64,000 nt of DNA, from positions 2,304,001-2,368,000 of the forward strand of contig CAVWVQ010000003.1 in NCBI GenBank assembly GCA_963758525.1, written 5' to 3'. The stretch is from an uncultured Phycisphaerales bacterium. GTDB taxonomy: Bacteria; Planctomycetota; Phycisphaerae; Tepidisphaerales; Tepidisphaeraceae. The notes beneath the pieces were generated by a model. It did no database searches, was not told the DNA's origin, and was given only the letters and a program-made list of their open reading frames with translations. Of this stretch, positions 9,165 to 19,670 are shown in pieces. The translations under genes were made by a program, and so were the position numbers. Every line of letters starts with the position of its first letter. Positions within the stretch are counted from its first letter, which is position 1.

Positions 9165-11338
9165 CGGTTGTTGCCTTCACTTGCGGCGGGGGTTTGGGGC
9201 GGCGGGATGACATCGCCAGCCGCAAGCGTGACGACAAAGGTGCTGCCCTCGCCCGGCGCACTGTCGACGGTGAGGGTCGCGTTCATCCCGTCAACCAGCC
9301 GCTTGCAGATCGAGAGTCCCAGGCCGCTGCCCTTGGTGCGATCCCGCTCCTGATTGCGCAGCTGAAAAAACTCATCGAAAATGCTCTTTTGATGTTCCCT
9401 GGGAATCCCCACGCCGGTGTCTTGCACGCGGATTTGGACGCTGCCGTCTGCGCAGCCCTCGGCCTGGACTCGCACGGAACCCTGATCGGTGAACTTGATC
9501 GCGTTGCCGACCAGGTTGCCGAGAATGCGCGCGAGCTTGGTGCGGTCGGCGCGGAGCCAGATCGGCTGGGCCGGAACAGACCATTCATAGGCCAGGTGTT
9601 TCTGCCGCGCCAGCGGCGCCAGGCTGTCGCGTGCGTGTTGCATCAGCTCGCCCAGGGAAAAGTCGGTGAAGTGCGTTTCGAGACGGCCCGAGTCGAAGCG
9701 GGCAATATCGAGCACGTCATTGAGAAGATTTACCAGCGAGACGGAACTTGCATACAGCTCCTGCGCCAGCTCGGGGATTTCGCCGGCCAGCGCGGGATTG
9801 CCGGCAGTGCGCCGCAGGAGGTCCGCCAGCAGGCTGATCGCGTTGGCGGGAGTGCGGACATCGTGGCTGACGGCGGCGAGGAAGCGCGTCTTGCGAATGC
9901 TGGCCTCCTCGGCCTCGCGTCGGCGCTGATCGATCTCCCGCTGCAGTTCCTTGAGCGCCGTGATGTCGACCAGGGCCGCGACGGCACCCTGTGATTTTCC
10001 CGCGGCATCGCGAATGGGTCGGGCATTGACCAGCAGGGTTCTTCTGCTGTCGTCCAGCATGATCTGTTCGAGTTCGATGCGTTGAACCTCCTGGTTCAGC
10101 CGGGCGGCGACCGCGATTGGAAATTCCGAGGGCGACAGCTCGCGCCCATCATGCGCCAGGCGCCATGCGCCGTGTGCAATTTCCTCGGCGACGTTGACGT
10201 CGCTGGGAATCTGGAACAGGGCCGCGGCGGATGCGTTGGCTCGCACGTCCGTGCAGTCCGCGTTGGCGATCACCATCGCCAGCGGAGTGGTGCGCAGCAC
10301 GGTCTCCAGACGCTGCCGCTCCGACTGCGCGATCTCGAAAAGATGGGCCGCTTCAAGACTGATCGAAGTCTGGGCCGCCAGCGATTCGATCAGGACCACC
10401 TGCTGCTCGGTCCAACCGGTATTGTGCCGGGAATATGCCTCGAGCGTTCCAATCGGCCAGCCGCTGACACGCAAGGGAACGGCGATCACCGCCGCGAACG
10501 GTTCGCCCGAGACCGGCTGGGGAAATTGCAGGTCCGGACGCAGCGACAGGTCTTCGAGATATCCGGTTCGGCCGCGCGTCAGCACTAGCGACGCGAAAGA
10601 CTGGTTGTAAGGAATCGCCTGCTCCCGCGCGCCCTCATCTCCAAAGCCGTGCTGACACGCGAGCCGGAGCATGCCACCGTCCTGCTCCAGGATGGCCGCC
10701 GCTGAAATCGAGTCGCCGTCGGACAGCATCCCCACCGTCCGGCAGATGCGCGCCATCATTTCCGAACGGCTCATCTCCGTCGTCAGGGCCCGCGAGAGCG
10801 AAAGGAGCAGCTCCAGCGTCTTTTCGCGGCGCTCCAACTGCTCGTTGGTGGTTCGCAGCTCCTCACTTTGACGCTCCAGTTCCTCCGCCTGCGACTGCAA
10901 TTGGTCATTCTGGCGGGCGATCTGCTCCTCGCGTGAGGACAGCTCAGCGTTGGCCTGCTCCAATTCAACCGCGCGGGCTTCCACGCGCTCCTGCAGCGAA
11001 ATCCAGATATGCCCCATCCCCGCCACCAAAAACATGTCTATTTCCACGAGCAATTCGCTGGTAGCCCCGCCGAAGGCCGCGTAGCCGGGAACGCCCGCGT
11101 GCAAATAAAAGAGTTTGACGCATGTGATCCCCGTCAATGCAGCCACGGTGCTCCAGAGCAGAATGCGGCTCCGGAAGTAGGCCACAAGAACAATGGGGAC
11201 CCCATAGCCGATCGGGAAGACTGACCCGGGCAGAAGCCCAAGCCGCACCACCGCCATGAACGCAACCAGCGCCGTTGCCGTGAGCACGCCGATCAACAGC
11301 GGCGGAGCGAGATGATGAGGACCCAATCGGTCACGCAA
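9143..11338 (-). CDS. Membrane sensor histidine kinase (TM, coiled coil, GAF, PAS, HisKA, HATPase)
   Basis: H-box FLAAVSHDVRTP, N-box NLVGNAIKFT, G boxes DTGVGI and GSGLGLSI. Confidence 0.93.
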   Translation of the reverse strand: MRDRLGPHHLAPPLLIGVLTATALVAFMAVVRLGLLPGSVFPIGYGVPIVLVAYFRSRILLWSTVAALTGITCVKLFYLHAGVPGYAAFGGATSELLVEIDMFLVAGMGHIWISLQERVEARAVELEQANAELSSREEQIARQNDQLQSQAEELERQSEELRTTNEQLERREKTLELLLSLSRALTTEMSRSEMMARICRTVGMLSDGDSISAAAILEQDGGMLRLACQHGFGDEGAREQAIPYNQSFASLVLTRGRTGYLEDLSLRPDLQFPQPVSGEPFAAVIAVPLRVSGWPIGTLEAYSRHNTGWTEQQVVLIESLAAQTSISLEAAHLFEIAQSERQRLETVLRTTPLAMVIANADCTDVRANASAAALFQIPSDVNVAEEIAHGAWRLAHDGRELSPSEFPIAVAARLNQEVQRIELEQIMLDDSRRTLLVNARPIRDAAGKSQGAVAALVDITALKELQREIDQRRREAEEASIRKTRFLAAVSHDVRTPANAISLLADLLRRTAGNPALAGEIPELAQELYASSVSLVNLLNDVLDIARFDSGRLETHFTDFSLGELMQHARDSLAPLARQKHLAYEWSVPAQPIWLRADRTKLARILGNLVGNAIKFTDQGSVRVQAEGCADGSVQIRVQDTGVGIPREHQKSIFDEFFQLRNQERDRTKGSGLGLSICKRLVDGMNATLTVDSAPGEGSTFVVTLAAGDVIPPPQTPAASEGNNRWQTQSG

Positions 11339-11342
11339 GCGG

Positions 11343-12296
11343 TTACCCCTCGCGCAGATGGAGGCACGGTGCGAGCTGGCGGAAACCTTCGGCCGCGCCC
11401 GGATGTTCGGCTTTTCCTGTCACGAGAAAACCTCCCGGCCGCAGTGCGCCGCGAAGGCGCCTCCAAAGTTCGATCGCGGAAGCCGGCCGCAGATAGATCG
11501 CAAGGTTGCGGCAAAGAATGATGTCCCAGCCCCCGGGCTCCGTCTCCCGAAGCACATCCGCCTGCCGCCAGTTGATCCGGCTTTGCAGCACGGGAGAAAT
11601 GCGCCACGATCCATCCCGCAGGCGAAAGTATCGGCGGATCAGCATTGCGTCCAAGCTGCCAGTGGCGTCGGCCGTAAATGTGCCGCGCCGCGCATTGACC
11701 ACCGCGCTGGCGCGGCAGTCTGTTCCAAGCAGGCGGGCGCGATGCAACAGGTTCGACTCAGCCAGCACTATTGCAAGTGAGTAGAGTTCCGATCCGTCAG
11801 AGCAGGCTGGTCCCCATATTCGCATATCGCGACAACGAGACGACAGCTCGGGAAGGGCGAGCTCGCGCAGCGAGTCGATCACTTGTGGATCGCGAAAGAA
11901 GGAAGTGACCCCAATGAGGAGCGCGTCCATCGCACGGGGCATCAACAGCAGATTGGCCTGGACGAGGGAACGCGCTTCACACAGGGAACGCGCCTGGAGG
12001 GTTCTGAGCAGCCCTGTCACCCGGCGTTTGAGCGTCTCGGGACGGTAATGATCGATGCGCAGCCCGGCCTGGCGAAAGAACCATCCAAGGCAATGCTCCT
12101 CTTCGTCAGAACATGGACCATCTGCATTGAGGTGGCGCGGCGCCGATGGCGGGGCGAAGTTGACCATGTGCCGGATCCCCGCGCCAGCGAGATGGGGGAA
12201 TGTCACATGATGAAAATCAGGCAGGCCGGGACCGAGCCGCGGCGCTGGCACAGCGCGTGCATCCGAGTGATTGGCCGGACCGCCGAGATGCAACAT
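11343..12296 (-). CDS. CheR-family protein-glutamate O-methyltransferase (start uncertain)
   Basis: IGVTSFFRD, RIWGPACSDGSELYSLA, DIILCRNLAIY, LRPGGFLVTGKAE. Confidence 0.88.
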   Translation of the reverse strand: MLHLGGPANHSDARAVPAPRLGPGLPDFHHVTFPHLAGAGIRHMVNFAPPSAPRHLNADGPCSDEEEHCLGWFFRQAGLRIDHYRPETLKRRVTGLLRTLQARSLCEARSLVQANLLLMPRAMDALLIGVTSFFRDPQVIDSLRELALPELSSRCRDMRIWGPACSDGSELYSLAIVLAESNLLHRARLLGTDCRASAVVNARRGTFTADATGSLDAMLIRRYFRLRDGSWRISPVLQSRINWRQADVLRETEPGGWDIILCRNLAIYLRPASAIELWRRLRGALRPGGFLVTGKAEHPGAAEGFRQLAPCLHLREG

Positions 12297-12369
12297 GAGC
12301 AGGTCGACCTTATCACAGACGAACAAACCCGCCAACTGAACTTCGGAAGTGACGGATGATCATAGATGA

Positions 12370-15300
12370 TCATACGTCAAAGTATTTCGCATGGGGGTGA
12401 TGAACGACCAGCGCGTCGGTCGACTGCTCCGGGACAAGCATGTAGTTTTCGCTCAGCGCGACGCCGATTGCATCGGGCCCAAGCAGTTCAACGATCTTGG
12501 ACCGCTGCTCCAGATCCGGGCAAGCGGGATAGCCGAAGCTATACCGGCTCCCGCGATATCCCTGCTGAAACAGCTTTCGGATCTCCGGCGCATCCTCGGA
12601 GGCGTAACCAAGCTCCTGCCGCATGCGCTTGTGCCAGAACTCCGCAAGCGCCTCGGCCGACTCCACCCCAAAGCCGTGAAGGTAGAGATAATCCTGATAC
12701 TGATTGGCGGCCCGAAGTTTCTCGGCGAGTTCGGTCGCTTTATCGCCGACAGTAACCAGTTGGAAGCCGACCACGTCAAACTGCCCGCTGGTCTGATCGC
12801 GGAAAAAGTCGGAAATGCACAGCCGCCGCCGGCCTTCCTGACGGGGGAATTGAAACCGCATCCACTCGCGCGGCTGGCCCGTTGGCTGCAATTGCCGCGA
12901 TCCGGCATGGCAGGTGCAACCATTGAATTCCTCCGTGTGATAGACGATCAGCTCATCCCCGGCCGATTGCACGGGGAAGTAGCCGTAGACCACCTTGGGC
13001 TCGATGAACCCTTCGTCCAGCGCCCGTCGCTGCAGATCCTCGAAAACCGGACGCGCCTTTTCCTCCGTCAGCTTGTCAAAGTCAGCCGGCGAGAGTTTGC
13101 CCTGATTGAATCCCCACTGGCCGCGAAAGAGCGCCACTTCGTTGATGTACGGAAAAATCACGCGGGGGGAGATATCCTTCGCCACGCGCCGACCCCAGAA
13201 CGGCGGGAGCGGAACCGGATTGTCTTTGGGCACCGGCTTCACATCAGCGGCATCGGCTGACTTGGGTTTCACCGCATTGGCCCGCAACGTCTTGCGCCGC
13301 TTGGCCCGCTCCTGCTGAATCGCCCGCGCCTGATCCACCCGGCCGGAGGAAATTTCATCCATCGCCGCAAGACCTTCGAAGGCGTCTTTGCAATAGAGCA
13401 GCGGGCCGCCATAGAGCGAGGCGAGATCGTCCTCGGCATAGTCCCGCGTTAATGCGGCGCCGCCCAACAGAACGGGAACTTTCATTCCCTTGGCATTGAG
13501 CTCTTCCAGATTTTCGCGCATCACGGCCACGCTCTTGACCAGCAGCCCTGACATGCCGATCGCATCTGCCTTGCGTTCTCCGTAGGCTTTGAGAATCTCT
13601 GTAATTGGCTGTTTGATCCCAAGGTTAAAGACGGTGTAACCGTTGTTGGTCAAAATGATGTCGACGAGGTTCTTGCCGATGTCATGCACGTCGCCCTTGA
13701 CCGTCGCGAGCACGATCTTCCCTTTGGACTGGCCTTCGATTCTTTCCATGAACTGCTCGAGATGAGCCACGGAAGCTTTCATGGTTTCGGCGCTTTGCAG
13801 CACGAACGGGAGCTGCATCTGTCCGCTGCCGAACAGGTCGCCGACGACTTTCATGCCTGCCAGCAGAATGTCGTTGATGATCTGCAACGGCGTGTAGGTA
13901 AGCCGGGCTTCGTCGAGATGCTTGATCAGATCGCGCTTTTCGCCATCAATGATGTGCTTCTTGAGCTTCTCCTCGATCGGGAGATTATCGTCGACCGGCT
14001 TGGCAGCCGCCGTCTCCGCGCCGACGTCCGGAAAGAGGCCAATGAAATGCGTGAGCGGGTCAAAGCCCTCGCGCCGCCGGTCGTAGATGAGATCGAGCGC
14101 GGCGTCCCATTGTTCCTGGGGAATCCGGTTTTTCGGAAGAATCTTCGAAGCATGAACGATCGCGCCGGTGAGGCCCGCCTCGCGCAGCTCGTGCAGGAAG
14201 GCGCTATTGAGCACGACGTGCGCAGCGGGCTTGAGCCCGAAGCTGACATTGGAAAGGCCGACGACGGTGTGACATTTGGGAAGTTCTCGCGAGATCCGCC
14301 GAGTGCCCTCGATGGTCTCCAGAGCGTTGCGACGATCCTCTTCGATGCCGGTGGAAATCGGCAGCACCAGCGGATCGAACATGATGTCTTCATCGCGCAG
14401 ACCGTATTTGTCGACCGCCAGGTCGCGAATGCGTCTGGCGATGGAGATCTTCCGCTCGGCGGTGCGGGCCATCGCGTTGAGCTTGTCCTCGTCGATAGTG
14501 CCGGCGACGATCGCGGCTCCGTATTTTTTGGTGATGGCGCACATCTGGGCGACGCGTTCCTCGCCATCCTCGAGGTTCATCGAGTTGATGATGCAGCGGC
14601 CGCCCGCGAGCTTCAGCCCCGCCTCGATCACGGCGGGATTCGTGCTGTCGAGCATGAAGGGAGCGGGGATCGCATTCGCATAACGACGGATCACCTCGGC
14701 CATGTCGCGCACGCCGTCGCGGCCGACGAAGTCCACGCAGACGTCCAGTGCGTGAGATCCTTCGCGCACTTCGTCCTTCGCCATCGAAACCAGACCGTCC
14801 CAATCGTCGGCCTGCAGCAAACGCTTAAACTGCCGCGAGCCGTTGGTGTTGGTTCGCTCGGCAACAATCAGGTAGCTGTTGTCCTGGCGGATATCGGAAG
14901 CGGAGACGATTGAAGAAATCTCCGGCTTGACGATGACGTTCCGCTTCGCAGGCTGCTTGTCGCGAACCGCGTCAACCAGCATCTTCAGATGCTCCGGCAT
15001 CGTCCCGCAGCATCCGCCAACGATATTGACGCCGAATTCCTCCACGAAGCGCAGCACGCCCTTGGTGAAGTCGGGCGGGGTCATCGGGAACTGGCTCTTC
15101 CCGTTCACCATGATCGGCAAGCCTGCGTTCGGCAGTGCGCTGACCAACCGCGGCCAGTTCGCGGCGATGTAACGCATAGTTTCGGTCAGTTCGTATGGGC
15201 CGAACGCGCAGTTGAGACCCAGGCAGTCGATCTCCGTGAACGGCACGAACGTCGCGACGAACGCGGACGGCTCCGAGCCGGTGAGCATGTTCTGGCCGTT

Positions 15301-15888
15301 GTTCAGGTCAAACGAGGCCTGCACCATGATGGGGAGCCGGACCTTCGCCTCGGCCATCGCGCGATTGGCCGCCGCCACCGCGCATTTGATCACCAGCATA
15401 TCCTGCTGCGTTTCGATCAGCAGCACGTCGGCGCCGCCGGCGATTAGTCCGCGCACCTGCTCGTGGTAGCTGTCTTCCATCACGTCCCAGGTGGTGTGCC
15501 CGAGCGTCAGAATTTTCGTGCCCGGCCCGATCGAGCCAATCACATATTTGGGGCGGGACGACGATTCAAACTTGTCGCACGCCCGCCGGGCGATTTCCGC
15601 CGCCGCCTTGTTGTTTTCATAGACGCGGTCTGCCATTTCCGCTTCGGCCAGCACGATCTTGTTGGCGCCGAAGGTATTGGTCTCGACCGCATCGCAACCG
15701 ACTTCGAGAAATGCCTCGTGGATTTCCTGAATCACATCCGGCCGGCTGAAATTGAGCACTTCGGAAATGTTTTCCTGCCCGAGCCAGTCGCGTTCGAGGT
15801 GCAGATCGCGGACTTGCAGATTGGACCCCATGGCGCCGTCGAGGACGACGACCCGTTGTTTGACAAGTTCGAGAAACGGAAGCCGCAC
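12370..15888 (-). CDS. metH: B12-dependent methionine synthase
   Basis: LDGAMG, GLNCA, GGCCGT, pterin-binding domain, KGDVHDIGKNLV, activation domain RYSFGYPACPD. Confidence 0.98.
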   Translation of the reverse strand: MRLPFLELVKQRVVVLDGAMGSNLQVRDLHLERDWLGQENISEVLNFSRPDVIQEIHEAFLEVGCDAVETNTFGANKIVLAEAEMADRVYENNKAAAEIARRACDKFESSSRPKYVIGSIGPGTKILTLGHTTWDVMEDSYHEQVRGLIAGGADVLLIETQQDMLVIKCAVAAANRAMAEAKVRLPIMVQASFDLNNGQNMLTGSEPSAFVATFVPFTEIDCLGLNCAFGPYELTETMRYIAANWPRLVSALPNAGLPIMVNGKSQFPMTPPDFTKGVLRFVEEFGVNIVGGCCGTMPEHLKMLVDAVRDKQPAKRNVIVKPEISSIVSASDIRQDNSYLIVAERTNTNGSRQFKRLLQADDWDGLVSMAKDEVREGSHALDVCVDFVGRDGVRDMAEVIRRYANAIPAPFMLDSTNPAVIEAGLKLAGGRCIINSMNLEDGEERVAQMCAITKKYGAAIVAGTIDEDKLNAMARTAERKISIARRIRDLAVDKYGLRDEDIMFDPLVLPISTGIEEDRRNALETIEGTRRISRELPKCHTVVGLSNVSFGLKPAAHVVLNSAFLHELREAGLTGAIVHASKILPKNRIPQEQWDAALDLIYDRRREGFDPLTHFIGLFPDVGAETAAAKPVDDNLPIEEKLKKHIIDGEKRDLIKHLDEARLTYTPLQIINDILLAGMKVVGDLFGSGQMQLPFVLQSAETMKASVAHLEQFMERIEGQSKGKIVLATVKGDVHDIGKNLVDIILTNNGYTVFNLGIKQPITEILKAYGERKADAIGMSGLLVKSVAVMRENLEELNAKGMKVPVLLGGAALTRDYAEDDLASLYGGPLLYCKDAFEGLAAMDEISSGRVDQARAIQQERAKRRKTLRANAVKPKSADAADVKPVPKDNPVPLPPFWGRRVAKDISPRVIFPYINEVALFRGQWGFNQGKLSPADFDKLTEEKARPVFEDLQRRALDEGFIEPKVVYGYFPVQSAGDELIVYHTEEFNGCTCHAGSRQLQPTGQPREWMRFQFPRQEGRRRLCISDFFRDQTSGQFDVVGFQLVTVGDKATELAEKLRAANQYQDYLYLHGFGVESAEALAEFWHKRMRQELGYASEDAPEIRKLFQQGYRGSRYSFGYPACPDLEQRSKIVELLGPDAIGVALSENYMLVPEQSTDALVVHHPHAKYFDV

Positions 15889-16149
15889 GAAATATGCCTT
15901 TCTGAACGCGTAAGCAGACCCGCGTATCTTATGTCGGTAGAAGCGCTGGTGAAAGCTGCGTCCGAGCGCGCTGGTTCTTAAGCCTAGGTTTTTTTTCGCG
16001 AACGCCCTGCGGGGTTCTGGCGGACCTATGATCGCCGCGATTTCCCGCGACGCCGTTTTCGCGTGGACTCAGCACAGGATAGCAGTTTTTATTGGAGCCA
16101 TCATCTCTCGGAGGCTGTCAGACGCAAAACCATCGGTTAGGATGCCGCC

Positions 16150-16716
16150 ATGCCTCACATTCCCAATCAAACCCTTGAAGTGATCGTGTACGCCTGTGCC
16201 GGCGTGTTGCTCTTGTTTATCGGCTACCGCGTCGGGCAGTGGTTCGGCGACCGCTCGGCGGCAAAACTGGTCAGTCAGAAGGAGCAGGATCTCTTTACCG
16301 CCCAGAAAGGGTTCAAGACGCTCTACGAGCAGGAACTCAGCGTTGCCAAGGCCGAAAATGAATCTCTCAAGCAGCAGGTCGCAACCTTGACGACGCGCGT
16401 CGAAGAATATCGCAAAAAGGCGGCCGGCTTTGGCGGGCTCTTTAATTCCGGAAGCAAGAAGTCGGACGCGATGTACGCCCTGCTGATGGAGAACGAGGCG
16501 CTGGAAGAGGCGCTGCACTCGCAAAACGAGAAGCTCAAGCAGGAACGCACGGACGCACTGAAGGAAACCATGCGCTCGACCGGATACCGCCGGGTGCTGA
16601 TGAGCCAGCTCATGAGCGACGACCGGATCAAATCGTATGTGGCGGAAATCATGAGGGACGACAAACGTCTGCCCGCCCCGTCGGCTCCGGCACAAGGGGA
16701 GATTCATGATTCTTGA
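16150..16716 (+). CDS. Hypothetical membrane-anchored coiled-coil protein
   Basis: One N-terminal TM helix followed by E/K/Q-rich heptads; TAGGAT 6 nt before the ATG. Confidence 0.8.
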   Translation: MPHIPNQTLEVIVYACAGVLLLFIGYRVGQWFGDRSAAKLVSQKEQDLFTAQKGFKTLYEQELSVAKAENESLKQQVATLTTRVEEYRKKAAGFGGLFNSGSKKSDAMYALLMENEALEEALHSQNEKLKQERTDALKETMRSTGYRRVLMSQLMSDDRIKSYVAEIMRDDKRLPAPSAPAQGEIHDS

Positions 16717-17581
16717 GCCGCCGATTTTCGCGCCACGCCAGATCTCGTTCGTTTCCAACCCAACCGGGGACGGTAATTACAACAGCACTGTTCGCAGCGA
16801 GGAACTGAACCTCAGCACCCGCGGACAATGGGAGCTTTTTCGATCCCATCGCGACCAGATCGAGCAGTTGATCCTCCGGCACCTTCCGCAACAGCATCCG
16901 CTGCTGCTCGAATCGCCAGCCACGCGCTTGTGCGCGCTGGGAGCCGGCAACTGCAACGATCTGGATCTGCGATTTCTTCGCGACCGGGTCGGCGAGCTTC
17001 ACCTGCTCGACATCGATGCCGCCGCCCTCAAGGCAGCCGCGGTTCGGCAGCGGACCGCCGACGCACCCAATGTGTTTCGCCATGCACCGATCGATCTCAC
17101 GGCCGATGCGCGGCTGTGCGAGCGGATCGGACGGTTCGATATCGTGCTTTCTTCCTGTGTGCTGTCGCAGCTCATCGCCGGCGTGCGAAGCCGGTTGGGC
17201 GCCGGTCATCTGCGATTTGCCCAGGAGCGGGCGGCCACGATCGCCCATCACCTGCGGCTCATGCTGGACCTTCTTGCCCCCGGCGGGCGGGCAATCCTCA
17301 TCAATGATGTTGTTTCGAGCGACACGCTGCCGCAACTCCGGCAAGTCCCTCCCGACCACTTGCCCGGCCTGATGCGTACGCTCGTCGCCGAGGGCAAAAC
17401 CTTCCGCGGACTGGACCCGGCCGCAATGTCGACCGCAATCGATCAACTTCCGTTTGCCGTCAGCCGGCAGCAATTTCCGCCATGGCTGTGGCATTTAAGC
17501 GCTCTGCGCAGCTATTTGGTGTATGGAATCGTTTTCAGCGTTCAGCAAGGAGCCAGGCGAAGAGTCTGCTCACAACTCTGA
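16706..17581 (+). CDS. Putative class I SAM-dependent methyltransferase-fold protein (start uncertain)
   Basis: LCALGAGNCNDLD, LHLLDID, FDIVLSSCVLSQ, LLAPGGRAIL. Confidence 0.7.
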   Translation: MILEPPIFAPRQISFVSNPTGDGNYNSTVRSEELNLSTRGQWELFRSHRDQIEQLILRHLPQQHPLLLESPATRLCALGAGNCNDLDLRFLRDRVGELHLLDIDAAALKAAAVRQRTADAPNVFRHAPIDLTADARLCERIGRFDIVLSSCVLSQLIAGVRSRLGAGHLRFAQERAATIAHHLRLMLDLLAPGGRAILINDVVSSDTLPQLRQVPPDHLPGLMRTLVAEGKTFRGLDPAAMSTAIDQLPFAVSRQQFPPWLWHLSALRSYLVYGIVFSVQQGARRRVCSQL

Positions 17582-17615
17582 ACCCCAAACCCTGAACCCT
17601 GACCCCTGAACCCTG
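17532..17615. repeat. AGGGTTC-family repeat, C-rich arm with a short G-rich partner inside the upstream ORF
   Basis: ttttcagcgttcagc ... ctgaaccccaaaccctgaaccctgacccctgaaccctg. Confidence 0.75.
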
Positions 17616-17619
17616 TCTC

Positions 17620-18110
17620 ATGCTTATCGGAATTCTCAGCGACACGCACGATCACGTCGAAATCACGACTGCTGCCGTCGCGCTGCTTCAGAAGCGCGGC
17701 GCTGAATACTTCATCCACTGCGGCGACGTCGGAAGCGAGAAGGTTCTGGATCAACTCGCGGGGCTGAAAGCGGCTTTTGTCTTCGGCAACACCGACTGGA
17801 ACCGGGACGAACTTGAACGGTACGCCGGCATGATCGGGGTCGGTTGCCACGGCGTCTTCGCCGACCTCGAATTGGCGGGAAAGCGCGTCGCGGTTCTGCA
17901 TGGGGACGATGACCTGCTTCGCCAGCGGCTTTTATCGGCGCAGCGCCACGACTATCTGCTGCACGGCCATACTCACGTCCGCCTCGATGACCGAGTCGGC
18001 CGAACACGCATCATCAATCCGGGGCGCTTCACCGCGCTCGCCAAAAGACGGTTGCGCTGCTCGACACGGTAACGGATCAACTGACATTTTTCGAAGTCGC
18101 TCATCGGTGA
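17620..18110 (+). CDS. YfcE/MJ0936-family metallophosphoesterase (frameshift near 18022)
   Basis: SDTH, HCGD, VFGNTD, HGD, HGHTH, INPG; adding one G gives INPGALHRARQKTVALLD...stop at 18110. Confidence 0.9.
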
Positions 18111-18278
18111 CGCCCGGAATCAGGATATCGACGAGCGGCTTGTCGCCGCTCGATTGCTCAACCGGCGGGCGCCCACACGGAGCCTGATATAATCTGTTAC
18201 GGCCGCGAGTGAGGCAGACATATGCCTATAGAATTGAACAAAGAGCAGCAGGAGCAACTCGACCGCGATACGCGGAGG

Positions 18279-18316
18279 TTGACACTGGCATGAGAGCGTA
18301 ATTACAATGTGATTAT
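18279..18316 (+). promoter_or_regulatory. Sigma70-like promoter with an overlapping palindromic operator for the TA operon
   Basis: TTGACA (18279), 18-nt spacer, TACAAT (18303); imperfect palindrome taattaca-a-tgtgatta. Confidence 0.7.
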
Positions 18317-18632
18317 GAAATCCGCGAAAAGGCCCGCAAAACCGATGCTTTCAGCGAAGAAGCACGTGAAGGGGAAACTGGTGCAAATCGGCAATTCGCG
18401 GGGTGTCCGGCTTCCCAAGGCGGTGATCGAACAAGCCGGCCTTGCCACGGACGTTGAGATCGCCGTACGCGATAATCAGATTATCATTCGTTCCGCCAGC
18501 GAGAACGCGCCGCGAGCCGGCTGGGAGGAGCAGATCAAACGGACATTGTCGGAACACGGAGAGGATGTGGACGATGAGTGGCTCAACGCGCCGCTGGCGG
18601 GCAAGTTCGATGAAAAGGAGTGGACGTGGTAG
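18315..18632 (+). CDS. mazE: AbrB/MazE/SpoVT-family antitoxin
   Basis: KLVQIGNSRGVRLPKAVIEQAGL, PRAGWEE, terminal EKEWTW; overlaps the toxin gene. Confidence 0.92.
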   Translation: MKSAKRPAKPMLSAKKHVKGKLVQIGNSRGVRLPKAVIEQAGLATDVEIAVRDNQIIIRSASENAPRAGWEEQIKRTLSEHGEDVDDEWLNAPLAGKFDEKEWTW

Positions 18633-18946
18633 CGGATCGCTTCGCCGTTTATCTCGTCCCGCTCGCTCCGACAACAGGCAGCGAGATGGCGAAGACGAGG
18701 CCATGCGTGGTGGTTTCGCCCGACGTGATGAATCATCTGGTTCGTACGGTGATCGTCGCGCCGCTTACTTCCACTATCCGCCATTTCCCGTATCGGGTGA
18801 GTTGCAAGTTTGCGGGAAGACAGGGTCAAATCGCTTTGGATCACATTCGATCAATCGACAAATCGCGACTCGCCAAGCGCCTGGGAAATCTCGATGCCGC
18901 TGCGGCGGCCCGCGTCTCCGCGACGCTCGTGGAAATGTTTCGCTGA
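18620..18946 (+). CDS. mazF: PemK/MazF-family endoribonuclease toxin
   Basis: PTTGSEMAKTRPCVVVSPD, VIVAPLTS, DHIRSIDKSRL. Confidence 0.93.
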   Translation: MDVVADRFAVYLVPLAPTTGSEMAKTRPCVVVSPDVMNHLVRTVIVAPLTSTIRHFPYRVSCKFAGRQGQIALDHIRSIDKSRLAKRLGNLDAAAAARVSATLVEMFR

Positions 18947-18993
18947 GAGGCTTACTGTCAGCGCCACTCGTTCATTTTCGGATGAGAGAGCGC

Positions 18994-19257
18994 TCAAAAC
19001 AACTTCTCTTCGGTCCCATCCGGACCGAAAAAAATAGCGTCCGGCCGCTTCCCATACTTTGCGTCCAAGGTCTCTTCCAATCGAGACATCAGTTCTGCAA
19101 ATCGGATGTCGTCGTATTCCTGTCCGGTGAGCACCAGAAGCGGCTTTACGTATTCTTGTCCGCACCGAGGTGTTCCCTTGTCGTCGCCGGGTTCCACGAT
19201 GAACATGGCGCGCATGACCGAACCGTCCGGATCGACCGAGGCGGGAGAAATTCCCAT
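18994..19257 (-). CDS. Hypothetical protein (87 aa)
   Basis: Protein-like composition; no recognisable motif. Confidence 0.5.
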   Translation of the reverse strand: MGISPASVDPDGSVMRAMFIVEPGDDKGTPRCGQEYVKPLLVLTGQEYDDIRFAELMSRLEETLDAKYGKRPDAIFFGPDGTEEKLF

Positions 19258-19406
19258 CCTGAGCCGACGTAATCAATATGAGGCGGCACGCCCGGCCGCA
19301 TTGGAGCAAACGGCGCGGTATTGGTTTGTGAGCGTGCGTTCCGATGGATCAATGGAACTGATAGCTGAACGCGGCCCGAGTCGACCGGTAGAATAGACGG
19401 CGATAG

Positions 19407-19550
19407 ATGATCGGCAATTCGACAGATTATCAGAAAGCGCAGGATGAACTGCGGAGGCTCGAAGAACGGCTACTGCGGCTTCAACAAACTCACCCAATTC
19501 ACACCGGACATGTGGCATTCGGGAAAATCCCGCTCAAAGATAAAGTTTGA
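19407..19550 (+). pseudogene. Short ORF or gene remnant (47 aa, MIGNSTDYQKAQDELRRLEERLLRLQQTHP...)
   Basis: Read manually; amphipathic coiled-coil N-terminus; the same frame stays open past the TGA to 19652. Confidence 0.35.
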
Positions 19551-19670
19551 GCCAAGACCTTCGATGTTGAGGAAGAAGGCCTGCTGAAAGAGGTCCGCGA
19601 CTTGCTAAAGACGATTCGCAAAAGGGATATCGAAAAGCTGTTTGATATATAGGTCAGCAAGGAGACCCGC

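Noticed and set aside
15889..16149. SAM, SAH or cobalamin riboswitch upstream of metH
   Set aside because: No consensus elements were recognisable by eye on the minus strand. An Rfam/Infernal scan would settle it.
19548..19652. Selenocysteine or stop-codon readthrough at the TGA at 19548
   Set aside because: There is no redox-motif context or evident SECIS hairpin. A decayed remnant is the simpler explanation.
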